Origin: Clostridia bacterium | GTDB lineage: Bacteria; Bacillota; Clostridia; TANB77; UBA1234 | Assembly: GCA_017469565.1 (NCBI GenBank) | Contig: JAFUGC010000051.1 | Span: forward strand, 11,470-75,469 | Length of the DNA: 64,000 nucleotides | Direction of reading: 5' to 3' | Shown: positions 38,348 through 47,546 of the stretch, in pieces | Layout of the letters: every line of letters starts with the position of its first letter | Numbering within the stretch: the stretch's first letter is position 1 | Made by a program: the position numbers and the translations under genes | The notes under the pieces: generated by a model | Database searches by the model: none | Seen by the model: only the letters and a program-made list of their open reading frames with translations | Told to the model about the DNA's origin: nothing

Positions 38348-38549
38348 GCTATTCCTTATTTTTTAATGCGTGACAGGTATATTACGGAAATGAATATTAC
38401 AATTGTATTACAAAATGATGATAATTCTGTTAAATGTGTGGTAAAGGCCGGAATCTCTGATATAAAATAAAAGTGTAGTAGAAGATTCGGAAGATATGTG
38501 TTACCAGTCAATTGATAGCGAGAATCAAACATAAAGGGTGTGAATACAA

Positions 38550-39770
38550 ATGAAAAAATTTAGAATAATACTCCCACTAATATTGATACTGATTGTATTA
38601 GGAGTTACTAAAATTCATTTTGCGGATGTGGGAAATTTTGAAAGCTATGATACAGATAGTAGTTCTTCATGGTGGTCGAGTTCCTCTAGCTCATCTAGTT
38701 CCTCAAGTTCTTCAAGTTCTTATGATGATTGGTCTTGGGGGGATTACAGTAGTTCTACGTCTGATTCAAATCATGAATCAAGACCTCTGACAGAAGAAGA
38801 GAAAACACTTTATAGAGTTTACTTTTTGCTTGCAGGAATCATTGCCTTATGTGGTGTGTTTTCTATAGGAAAAGATTTTGGTGGTGTTTTTTCACACATC
38901 ATGATGTGTTTTTGTTATTATATGTTGGGGTTTATGGGAATATCTGTTTGTGGTCAAATGGTCTATGCTTTTAATCATTCTGTGAGTGGTACAATTGCTC
39001 TTGTTTTGGTGCTTACTGCTGTCATTTGCCCTATAATCATTACATCAGCTAAGAAAAAAAGAAAAAAGGAACAACACCTATCAGAAGGGCAAGCGGAATG
39101 GCTTGAAAGGGGAGAATTAACATCGGAAGAGGCTGCGGAATGGTTTCGAAAAATAGAACAAAGACAAAAAGCATTTATAAACTCCATCGAGGAACAAAGC
39201 AAATTATATCAAGAAAAGGTAATAGATAAAATAAAAGCTGTGGATAAAGATTTTGATGCAATACAGTTTCAGTCATGGGTGGAAAATTTATTCATCAAGA
39301 TGCAAAGCGATTGGTCAAGAAATGATTGGAGTGATATGCTTAGATATGAATCGGCGGATTTGTATGAGATGCACAGTAATTTTATCAAGGACTATATTAA
39401 TAGGAATCAAAGAAATATAGTGGAGGTTCGCAAAGTAAACAGCGTAGATTTTAAGGATTTTAGACAAGACAATGAAAAGGACATCTTAGAAGTATACATT
39501 CAAGCTTCTATGATTGATTACATTATGGATACTAATACTCATAAGATAATATTAGGAGATAATCACACGATTCGTAATAATACATATCAGCTCACTTTTA
39601 TTAGAAAGAATGGGATGGCAGGTGTGAAAACGGCTGATGGAGATGTTTGTCCGTCTTGTGGTGCAAAACTTCATATTGGAGAGATAGGAAGATGTGAGTA
39701 TTGTGGTTCTTTGGTTACAACTGCAAACCGCTATTGGGTTCTTTCTGGTATGGAGAGAATTAACTTGTAA
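38550..39770 (+). CDS. TIM44-like-domain membrane protein with a poly-Ser tract and a C-terminal zinc ribbon
   Basis: Signal/TM segment, a Ser run (SSSSWWSSSSSSSSSSSSSSSSY), TM helices, a C-terminal Tim44-like fold region (FQSWVENLFIKMQSDWSRNDW...) and CPSCG...CEYCG. Confidence 0.6.
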   Translation: MKKFRIILPLILILIVLGVTKIHFADVGNFESYDTDSSSSWWSSSSSSSSSSSSSSSYDDWSWGDYSSSTSDSNHESRPLTEEEKTLYRVYFLLAGIIALCGVFSIGKDFGGVFSHIMMCFCYYMLGFMGISVCGQMVYAFNHSVSGTIALVLVLTAVICPIIITSAKKKRKKEQHLSEGQAEWLERGELTSEEAAEWFRKIEQRQKAFINSIEEQSKLYQEKVIDKIKAVDKDFDAIQFQSWVENLFIKMQSDWSRNDWSDMLRYESADLYEMHSNFIKDYINRNQRNIVEVRKVNSVDFKDFRQDNEKDILEVYIQASMIDYIMDTNTHKIILGDNHTIRNNTYQLTFIRKNGMAGVKTADGDVCPSCGAKLHIGEIGRCEYCGSLVTTANRYWVLSGMERINL

Positions 39771-39821
39771 TCTGGGATAGTCGTGTTGACTTACTATATG
39801 GAAGATGAGGAGATAAGAAGC

Positions 39822-41499
39822 ATGCCTAAAAAGAAAAAAAGAGTTCAAAAGTCGAAGATGGATTTCATAGATATATTATTGTTCATTTGTCCTTTTTTAG
39901 GTGGTTTACTTTCTATTTGGAGTTTAGCGTTGCTTGTAGTGGTTTGTTTACGGTGGAATTTGGTATCAGTTGAAAAAGAATGGAAAGCTAATATTACCTA
40001 AAGGCAGAAATATTATTTGCATTAGTATATATGTATTCAGCTATGCGATTGTTCAATTTTATGCTGTTGATAAAGGAATGAATATTCTTGCATTTTTTAA
40101 GAATCTAACCATCATACTGTTTATCATTTTATATTTACAATTTGATGATAATCAAAATAGAAGGCTAAAGATGATACCTTATTCAGCGAGTGTATCAGTT
40201 CTGCTTAGTTTATTCCTAGTTCTTTTTGAACATAGTGGTGTATGGATGAATGGAAGGCTTCAAGGAATATTTTACTATGCTAATTCTTATGGATTATTTT
40301 TACTCCTTGGCGTATTTGTGCTTGCTAACGAAGAAAAGATTACCTGGAAAAATGTAGTGATGTTTCTTATTTTATTTGTTGGTATTGTCCTAACCAATAG
40401 TAGAGCAATTATTTTACTTACCGTATTGGCATTAGTTGTGTCTATTTTTACAAATAAAAATAATTTTAAAGGGATTTTAGCAATTACCATATGTTTCTTA
40501 GCCTTATTTATAGGAGTATACTTATTATCGAATATGGAAAAAAGAGTAGACAGTAATATGCTTGGTAGTAGTGAGTTTATTACAAGGCTTTTATATTATA
40601 AGGATGCACTTTCTATGATAAAAGACAATCCTTTTGGGTATGGCTATGAGGGCTGGTATTATAAACAAGTGGAAGTACAAACGGGTGTATATGATACCAA
40701 ATATGTGCATAATTCCATTTTACAAGTTGCGTTAGATGTGGGGATTATCCCAATGATTGTGCTTTTTGTGATGTTAGTGTTTCACTTTTTTGATAAAAGG
40801 CAAACTACTTTTACGCGTATGATGGCATTACTGATTTTAGGACATTCACTTATCGATTTTGATTTGGAATATCTCTATTTTATTATGATACTCATTTTGC
40901 TCATCGATTTTGAAAAAATGGAAATGACAAAAAATAAAATACAAACTACTTGCTTAGCTGTTTTGATGTGTGGGTATTTTTATGTATTTCTTGGCGATGT
41001 TTCATTTGCCGTGGGTGATTATTTCACGGCCATAAAAATATTGCCTTTTCACACGGAGGCAATACAGGAAATATTGTATAATGTTACTACGAAAGAGGAA
41101 CAACTAAAATATGCCAATATGTCACTACAATATAACCCCAATATTAGTGGGGCTTATGAGGCACTATCAAACGATTTGCAAAGCAAACAGGAATATGAAG
41201 AGGCACTAAAATATGAAAAGAAAAGATTATCGCTAAATAAGTATACAGTTTATAATTATTTGACATTTGCTGATTTTTTATCAAAGGGAATTCAATATTA
41301 TAGTGCCAATGAAGAATCTGATAAACTACAAGAATTTTTGAAGGAAGTAGTGGGGATAGAAGAGAGGATAAATGACATTTTGGCTAAGACGAATCCATTA
41401 TGCTATCAAACAATTCACACTCCAAATCTTGAACTTCCAGAGCAAATACAAGAATTCATTGAAGAAGCCAAATTACAGCTAAATGCTATGAGTACATAA
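39822..41499 (+). CDS. O-antigen-ligase (Wzy_C)-family polytopic membrane protein with a TPR-like C-terminus. It requires a +1 shift at in-frame CGG 39951-39953; the start is uncertain (39783, 39822 or 39858).
   Basis: NSRAIILLTVLALVV and HNSILQVALDVGI are ligase-like. The track splits it into 39783-40001 and 39970-41499. Reading TTA c GGT GGA ATT TGG joins them (LLVVVCLGGIWYQLKKNGKLILPKG). Confidence 0.7.
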
Positions 41500-41522
41500 T
41501 TAATTCATTCAAATAAAATAAA

Positions 41523-41556
41523 AAACTCTATCTTGTGTATGGGATAGAGTTTTTTG
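41523..41556. terminator. Bidirectional terminator between convergent genes
   Basis: AACTCTATC / GATAGAGTT stem flanked by an A-run and a T-run. Confidence 0.75.
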
Positions 41557-41572
41557 CTTGATAAAAATAGAA

Positions 41573-42103
41573 TTATTTTTCGTATTTTAATTGATAAAGT
41601 AGGATTCCAAGGTTGATATTTGCATAAGGAAATTGGTTATTTCTAACCATTTCATAACATTCTTCTATAGGAATTTCTTGAATGCCTGTAATGACTTCAT
41701 CACTATCGTAATGTGTTTCACGCATTTCTAAATCTGTGGCCAAATAAAAGTATAATTTTTCATTGGAATATCCGCACGATGCGAAATAATCGCCCATATA
41801 CTCTATGTTATTTGCATAATATCCCGTTTCTTCTTGGAGTTCACGCCTTGCTGCAGTGATGGCATCTTCTCCTTCATCAATCACACCGGCTGGTAATTCT
41901 AAATCTTCCAGTCCTGAAATTTCTCTTTGTTGTCTGATAAAAACCACTTTTTTATCGCTGGTTAAAGCAATAATGATGCTAGCAGATTGAGTATCTACAT
42001 AGTCTCTGATATATTCTTTTCCTTCTACATTTTCATAAATTCTTCTTTTTAAATTAAACCTTGGGCCATTGAATAATGTTTCTTCACTTATTAATTTGTT
42101 CAT
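41573..42103 (-). CDS. NUDIX hydrolase (ADP-ribose pyrophosphatase-like)
   Basis: Nudix box GVIDEGEDAITAARRELQEETGY. Confidence 0.85.
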   Translation of the reverse strand: MNKLISEETLFNGPRFNLKRRIYENVEGKEYIRDYVDTQSASIIIALTSDKKVVFIRQQREISGLEDLELPAGVIDEGEDAITAARRELQEETGYYANNIEYMGDYFASCGYSNEKLYFYLATDLEMRETHYDSDEVITGIQEIPIEECYEMVRNNQFPYANINLGILLYQLKYEK

Positions 42104-42281
42104 TTTTACGCTCCCTTCTTTTGTACTATAAAATAATTTCTTATTATCATCATATCAAATTTTATCAAAAAAGAAAATAGAAATAAGTACTTAAGGGAAT
42201 ATCGTATTGAAAAACATATGAAAATAGGATATACTGTTTTTGAAATAAGGCAGGATATGAGAGCGGAAAGAGAGTATTGTT

Positions 42282-43610
42282 ATGAATTTGAATGATAAAG
42301 AAATAAATGAAGGAAATGTTTCTAATGAAAATAAATTGAATAAAAAAGTTGCAATCTATACTCTTGGGTGTAAAGTGAACGCTTATGAATCTAGTGTAAT
42401 GGCGGAATCGTTTAAAAAGGCTGGGTATGAGGTTGTAGATTATTCTGAAGTTGCAGATGTATATATTGTGAATACTTGTACTGTGACGAACATGAGTGAT
42501 AGAAAATCAAGGCAAATTTTAAGACGTGCTAAGGAATTAAATCAAAATTCTGTTCTTTGTGCAGTTGGATGTTATGCGCAAGTTGCTGCGGAGGATTTGG
42601 CTAAGATTCAGGATATTGATATTATTTTAGGAACAAATGATAAAAGACAGATTGTGAGTATCGTAGAGGATTTTATGAAATCACACCAAAAGCAATTGAT
42701 TGTTACAATTGTTTTGGCGGAGAGAAAATATGTTGAGTGGGGCAAGACTGCCATTACCTCAAAAGCTCGTGCGGAAATCAAGGTGCAAGATGGGTGTGAC
42801 AGGTATTGTAGCTATTGTATTATCCCTTATGCAAGAGGACCTGTAAGAAGCAGAAAAAAGGAAGATGTGCATGATGAGATTATTGAGATTGCTAAGACAG
42901 GAATTAAAGAAATTGTCATCACAGGGATTCATATATCTTCTTATGGAAAGGATTTGGAGGATAAGCCAAAGTTAATTGATTTACTAGAATATATCCATAA
43001 AATTCCTGGAATAGAACGTATAAGGCTAGGATCACTGGAGCCGTTGATTATTGATGAAGATTTTGTAAGAAGGCTCAAAGCACTTCCAAAGGTATGTAAT
43101 CATTTCCACTTATCTCTTCAAAGTGGTTGTGACAGCACACTTGAGAGGATGAACAGAAGATATAAAACAGAAGACTTTAGAAGAATTGTTAGGATGCTAA
43201 GAGAAAATATCCCGGAGGTTGCTTTAACCACGGATGTGATTGTTGGTTTCCCTGGAGAAACAGAGGAAGAGTTTGAAACCACATATGAATTTTTAAAAGA
43301 GATCCGTTTTTCAAAGATGCATGTGTTTCAATATTCTCCAAGGAAAGGGACAAAAGCAGAGAAGTTTCCAAATCAAGTAGATACAAAAATAAAAGCAATG
43401 AGAAGTGCAAGATTAATTGAGCTTTCTAATCAAAATGAAGAAGAGTTTGCTTTCCAGTATATTGGTAAAGAGATAGAAGTTTTGTTTGAGAATGAACACG
43501 ATGGGCACACTACTAATTATATTGAGGTGTATTCAAAAGAGGAAATGAAACCTAATGAGATAGTGGTGAAGAAAGTTAAGAGCTGGGAAAATGGCAAAGT
43601 GTTAGTTTGA
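42282..43610 (+). CDS. mtaB: tRNA methylthiotransferase MtaB (MiaB-like radical SAM)
   Basis: YTLGCKVNAYES, the radical-SAM motif GCDRYCSYCIIPYARG and a C-terminal TRAM-like region. Confidence 0.88.
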   Translation: MNLNDKEINEGNVSNENKLNKKVAIYTLGCKVNAYESSVMAESFKKAGYEVVDYSEVADVYIVNTCTVTNMSDRKSRQILRRAKELNQNSVLCAVGCYAQVAAEDLAKIQDIDIILGTNDKRQIVSIVEDFMKSHQKQLIVTIVLAERKYVEWGKTAITSKARAEIKVQDGCDRYCSYCIIPYARGPVRSRKKEDVHDEIIEIAKTGIKEIVITGIHISSYGKDLEDKPKLIDLLEYIHKIPGIERIRLGSLEPLIIDEDFVRRLKALPKVCNHFHLSLQSGCDSTLERMNRRYKTEDFRRIVRMLRENIPEVALTTDVIVGFPGETEEEFETTYEFLKEIRFSKMHVFQYSPRKGTKAEKFPNQVDTKIKAMRSARLIELSNQNEEEFAFQYIGKEIEVLFENEHDGHTTNYIEVYSKEEMKPNEIVVKKVKSWENGKVLV

Positions 43611-43659
43611 CACAAAAAGGGGAACTCCTTGTTTGTGCGGATTGAAATGGAGGATGAAG

Positions 43660-46269
43660 ATGAGCAAAGAACGTAAGATAGTTGATTCAGTAGAATCTTT
43701 GGAAGAGGCGATTGAGCGTGTAAAGAAGGCACAAGCTGAGTTTGCAAAATATTCGCAGGAGGAAGTGGATAAGATTTTTAAGGTGGCGGCTCTTGCTGCT
43801 AATAAAGCTAGGATTCCTCTTGCAGAACTTGCGGTAGAAGAAACGGGTATGGGAGTTGTGGAAGATAAAGTCATTAAAAATCATTTCGCCTCGGAATATA
43901 TTTACAATGCCTATAAGGATACAAAAACATGTGGAGTAATTGAAGAAGATAAGGCTTATGGCATCAAGAAGATTGCTGAGCCTATGGGGGTGATTGCGGC
44001 AGTCATTCCTACTACCAATCCTACCTCTACTGCCATTTTTAAGGCACTGATTGCACTAAAGACAAGAAATGGTATTATTTTTAGTCCTCATCCTAGAGCG
44101 AAAAAGTCTACTATCATGGCTGCAAAAATTATTTTAGAGGCAGCAGTAAGAGCGGGGGCTCCAGAAGGAATTATAGATTGGATTGATGTACCATCGCTTG
44201 ATATGACAAATACTTTGATGAGAGAGGCAGATATGATTCTTGCGACCGGGGGACCGGGTATGGTAAAAGCCGCTTATTCTAGTGGAAAGCCTGCACTTGG
44301 AGTGGGTGCGGGAAATGTACCTGCGGTGATGGATGAGAGTGCAGACATTTTACTTGCTGTGAATTCTATTATTCATTCCAAGGTTTTTGATAATGGAATG
44401 ATTTGTGCCTCAGAACAGTCTGTCATTGTTCCGGAAAGTATTTATGGGAAAGTAAAAGAAGAATTTGCCAAACGTGCATGTTATTTCTTAAAAGAAGATG
44501 AGATAGATAAAGTTAGAAAGACAATCATGATTAATGGGGCGGTAAATGCAAAAATTGTTGGTCAATCTGCGGTAAAGATTGCAGAACTTGCTGGAGTAAA
44601 TGTGCCAGAAGATACGAAAATCTTAATTGGTGAAGTGGAAAGCACAGATATATCAGAAGAGTTTGCACATGAGAAATTATCACCTGTACTTGCCATGTAT
44701 CAGGTAAAAAGTTTTGAGGAGGCAATAGAGAAAGCAGAGCATTTGATTGAAGACGGTGGGCTTGGACATACCTCATCCCTTTATATTGATACGGTTACTG
44801 AGCAAGAAAAAATCAATCAGTTTGTGGCTAGAATGAAAACATGTAGGGTGCTAATTAATACACCGTCATCGCATGGTGGAATTGGAGATTTATATAACTT
44901 TAAATTACTTCCATCCCTCACTCTTGGTTGTGGAACTTGGGGAGGTAACTTGGTTTCAGAAAATGTGGGAGTGAAACATTTATTGAATATCAAAACAGTC
45001 GCAGAAAGGAGAAATAATATGCTTTGGTTTAGAACACCTAATAAGGTATATGTGAAAAGAGGAGCATTACCGGTAGCTCTTGAGGAACTAAAAGATGTTT
45101 TAGGAAAGAAGAGAGTGTTTATTGTAACGGATTCATTTTTATTTCAGAATGGTTATACAGCACCAATTACGGATAGATTAAATGAGATGGGAATAGAGCA
45201 TACAACCTTTTATGATGTGGAACCAGACCCTAGTCTTGCTTCTGCAAAGGCTGGTGCAAAAGCGATGGATTCCTTTGAGCCGGATTGTATTATTGCAATT
45301 GGTGGTGGAAGTGCTATGGATGCTGCCAAAATTATGTGGGTTTTGTATGAACATCCAGAAGTAGATTTTGAAGATATGGCAATGCGTTTCTCAGATATTA
45401 GAAAAAGAATTTATACATTCCCTAAAATGGGAGAAAAAGCATATTTTATTGCCATTCCAACTACTGCTGGAACAGGCAGTGAGGTAACGCCTTTTGCTGT
45501 TATTACAGATGAAAAGACAGGTTTAAAATATCCGCTAGCAGATTACGAATTGATGCCTAATATGGCCATTGTGGATGCGGATTTAATGATGAATGCACCA
45601 AAAGGATTAACGGCTGCTTCTGGAATTGATGCTGTTTCTCATAACTTGGAAGCATATGTATCCACCATGGCAACGGATTATACAGATGGCTTGGCTTTAA
45701 AGTCTTTGAAAACCATCTTTGAATATTTACCTAGAGCATATGAAGGTGGTGCAGAAGATCCAGAGGCTAGAGAAAAAATGGCAGATGCGGCAACCATGGC
45801 TGGTATGGCTTTTGCTAATGCGTTTCTTGGTGTATCGCATTCTATGGCACATAAGCTTGGTGCTTATCATCATATTGCACATGGTGTGGCAAATGCACTC
45901 GTAATGGATGAAGTCATTCGTTTTAATAGTGCAGAGGCTCCAACAAGAATGGGAACCTTCCCACAGTATGAATATCCACATGCACGCGCAAAGTACGCCG
46001 AGATTGCGGATTATTTAGGACTTGGTGGAGAAACAGAAGAGGAGAAAGTGGAGAATCTAATTAAGGCGTTAGATGAGTTAAAGGAAAAAATTGAAATAAA
46101 GAAAACTATCAGGGATTATGGGGTATCAGAAGAAGATTTCCTTGCTACTCTTGATGAGATGAGTAAGATGGCATTTGATGACCAGTGTACTGGTTCAAAT
46201 CCAAGGTATCCACTAATTTCTGAAATTAAGGAAATGTATTTGAAAGCGTTTTACGGAGAGGAGGAGTGA
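43660..46269 (+). CDS. adhE: Bifunctional acetaldehyde-CoA/alcohol dehydrogenase AdhE
   Basis: An N-terminal ALDH domain and a C-terminal iron-ADH domain (GGGSAMDAAK, HSMAHKLG). RBS GGAGG before ATG 43660. Confidence 0.95.
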   Translation: MSKERKIVDSVESLEEAIERVKKAQAEFAKYSQEEVDKIFKVAALAANKARIPLAELAVEETGMGVVEDKVIKNHFASEYIYNAYKDTKTCGVIEEDKAYGIKKIAEPMGVIAAVIPTTNPTSTAIFKALIALKTRNGIIFSPHPRAKKSTIMAAKIILEAAVRAGAPEGIIDWIDVPSLDMTNTLMREADMILATGGPGMVKAAYSSGKPALGVGAGNVPAVMDESADILLAVNSIIHSKVFDNGMICASEQSVIVPESIYGKVKEEFAKRACYFLKEDEIDKVRKTIMINGAVNAKIVGQSAVKIAELAGVNVPEDTKILIGEVESTDISEEFAHEKLSPVLAMYQVKSFEEAIEKAEHLIEDGGLGHTSSLYIDTVTEQEKINQFVARMKTCRVLINTPSSHGGIGDLYNFKLLPSLTLGCGTWGGNLVSENVGVKHLLNIKTVAERRNNMLWFRTPNKVYVKRGALPVALEELKDVLGKKRVFIVTDSFLFQNGYTAPITDRLNEMGIEHTTFYDVEPDPSLASAKAGAKAMDSFEPDCIIAIGGGSAMDAAKIMWVLYEHPEVDFEDMAMRFSDIRKRIYTFPKMGEKAYFIAIPTTAGTGSEVTPFAVITDEKTGLKYPLADYELMPNMAIVDADLMMNAPKGLTAASGIDAVSHNLEAYVSTMATDYTDGLALKSLKTIFEYLPRAYEGGAEDPEAREKMADAATMAGMAFANAFLGVSHSMAHKLGAYHHIAHGVANALVMDEVIRFNSAEAPTRMGTFPQYEYPHARAKYAEIADYLGLGGETEEEKVENLIKALDELKEKIEIKKTIRDYGVSEEDFLATLDEMSKMAFDDQCTGSNPRYPLISEIKEMYLKAFYGEEE

Positions 46270-46271
46270 AA

Positions 46272-47024
46272 ATGAATCTTGAAAATGTCATTGCAGAGAG
46301 AAAGGATAAAACTGTTTATCGAGATGGTGATAAAGTCATCAAGGTTTTTGATGAGAGTTATTCCAAACCAATGATTTTAAATGAAGCTCTAAACACCGCA
46401 AGGGTGGAAGAAACAGAACTTAATATTCCGAAACTTTTAGAAGTGAGAAAAATAGAAGGAAAATGGGCAATTGTTTCTGAATTCGTGGAAGGAAAAAACT
46501 TGGAGCAATTGATGCAGGAACATCCAGAGAAATTTGACGAGTATAGGGAACTTTTTGTGAATATTCAGCTTGAAATTTTAGCAACTCCTGCTCCTGCCAT
46601 GCTAAATAAGATAAAAGAAAAGATGAAGAATAAAATTGCATCGGCTGATTTACCGGATAGTGTGAAGTATGATTTAAGTACAAGACTAGAGGGAATGCCA
46701 ACACATAGCAAACTTTGCCATGGGGATTTTGTACCTAGCAATATCCTTATCAAGGAAGATGGTTCACACTATATTATTGATTGGGCTCATGTGACACAGG
46801 GAAATGCTGGGGCAGATGCTGCCAGAACTTATTTAAGATTTTCACTTCATGGAAGGAAGGAGGAAGCAGAAAGATACCTTGACTTATTTGCTGAAAAGTC
46901 TGGCATCGAAAAGAAAATCATTCAAAAATGGATTCCAATTGTTGCGGCATCGCAATTGTCAAAAGGAAAAGAAGAGGAAAGAGATTTTCTATACAAATGG
47001 GCAGATGTGATTGAATTTCAGTAA
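46272..47024 (+). CDS. APH/choline-kinase-family phosphotransferase
   Basis: Catalytic loop LCHGDFVPSNILI and IIDWAHVTQGN. The start is coupled to the adhE stop. Confidence 0.8.
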   Translation: MNLENVIAERKDKTVYRDGDKVIKVFDESYSKPMILNEALNTARVEETELNIPKLLEVRKIEGKWAIVSEFVEGKNLEQLMQEHPEKFDEYRELFVNIQLEILATPAPAMLNKIKEKMKNKIASADLPDSVKYDLSTRLEGMPTHSKLCHGDFVPSNILIKEDGSHYIIDWAHVTQGNAGADAARTYLRFSLHGRKEEAERYLDLFAEKSGIEKKIIQKWIPIVAASQLSKGKEEERDFLYKWADVIEFQ

Positions 47025-47054
47025 AATTTTTAATCAATAAGTCAGGAGAAATAA

Positions 47055-47082
47055 TTGACAAAAAGCAAATAAAATGTATAAT
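47055..47082 (+). promoter_or_regulatory. Sigma-A-type promoter of a small plus-strand RNA
   Basis: TTGACA (47055-47060), 16-nt spacer, TATAAT (47077-47082). Confidence 0.55.
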
Positions 47083-47088
47083 AAAAAT

Positions 47089-47185
47089 AGAAGATGAGGT
47101 TCAAGTCTAAGTGTGACTTGCCCCTATGTTGAATATGAGAATCACTCTAAAGGCTTTTGGGGAAAAGGATTAGAGTGATTTTTTA
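47089..47185 (+). ncRNA. Candidate small RNA of about 95 nt (putative antitoxin of a type I TA-like pair); ends approximate
   Basis: It is bounded by the promoter above and a long hairpin (AATCACTCTAA...TTAGAGTGATT at 47140-47180, with inner CTTTTGGGGAAAAG) followed by TTTTT. There is no RBS-preceded ORF. It converges with the small minus-strand peptide gene. Confidence 0.4.
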
Positions 47186-47203
47186 TACCTAAGTTGAAAC
47201 CAA

Positions 47204-47281
47204 TTAATGAAAAAGCCTTTTTAGGCAAGATGCTATTAATAGAATTGCTAAAGTCCAAAATATGTAATCGTTTACTATCAT
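47204..47281 (-). CDS. 25-aa hydrophobic peptide MIVNDYIFWTLAILLIASCLKRLFH (candidate type I toxin)
   Basis: Strong RBS AAGGAGG 7 nt before the ATG. It has its own consensus promoter. The peptide has a single TM-like core with a basic C-terminus. The 5' UTR can pair CCCCTTAT with ATAAGGAG, occluding the RBS. Confidence 0.45.
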   Translation of the reverse strand: MIVNDYIFWTLAILLIASCLKRLFH

Positions 47282-47348
47282 GGCATCACCTCCTTATCTT
47301 TTGTATAAGGGGCAAATCACACTATATCCAAGTAACCTCATCAAAAGA

Positions 47349-47377
47349 ATTATATATAGATAGTTATCTATTGTCAA
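47349..47377 (-). promoter_or_regulatory. Consensus sigma-A-type promoter driving the small peptide gene (minus strand)
   Basis: On the minus strand: TTGACA (47377-47372), 17-nt spacer, TATAAT (47354-47349). Confidence 0.55.
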
Positions 47378-47410
47378 GAACATATTTTCGCATTTTATGA
47401 AAAATTATTC

Positions 47411-47440
47411 TTGCTAATTATCTGAATAATATGATATAAT
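47411..47440 (+). promoter_or_regulatory. Probable helD promoter with an extended -10
   Basis: TTGCTA, 18 nt, TGaTATAAT (47432-47440). Confidence 0.45.
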
Positions 47441-47546
47441 ACCTCCATTGTCGTTTTATGTTGGAACTTGTTCATGCCGTTTTAGAAAGTTAGGTTTTGG
47501 AAATGCTCCAACCGCTGAAATAAGTTAATATTGGAGGTGTTTTTAT

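Noticed and set aside
38348-38549. An imperfect hairpin (CCGGAATCT...AGATTCGG) and the long leader upstream of the TIM44-like gene as a possible riboswitch or sRNA.
   Set aside because: The stem is short and imperfect with a 27-nt loop. I recognised no conserved motif and saw no flanking promoter or terminator signals.
38658-38722. The poly-serine coding tract as a slippage-prone simple-sequence repeat (phase variation).
   Set aside because: The Ser codons are mixed (AGT, TCT, TCA, TCG, AGC, TCC), so there is no perfect nucleotide repeat to slip on.
47194-47400. A 68-aa plus-strand ORF in the helD upstream gap.
   Set aside because: It has no RBS and starts inside the terminator region. It lies antisense to a much better supported promoter + RBS + 25-aa peptide gene.
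47441-47539. ACCTCCA at the start of the helD leader pairing with the TGGAGGT Shine-Dalgarno about 90 nt downstream, as a translational riboregulator.
   Set aside because: With the -10 at 47435-47440, transcription should start around 47446-47449. Most of the ACCTCCA element would then not be in the RNA.
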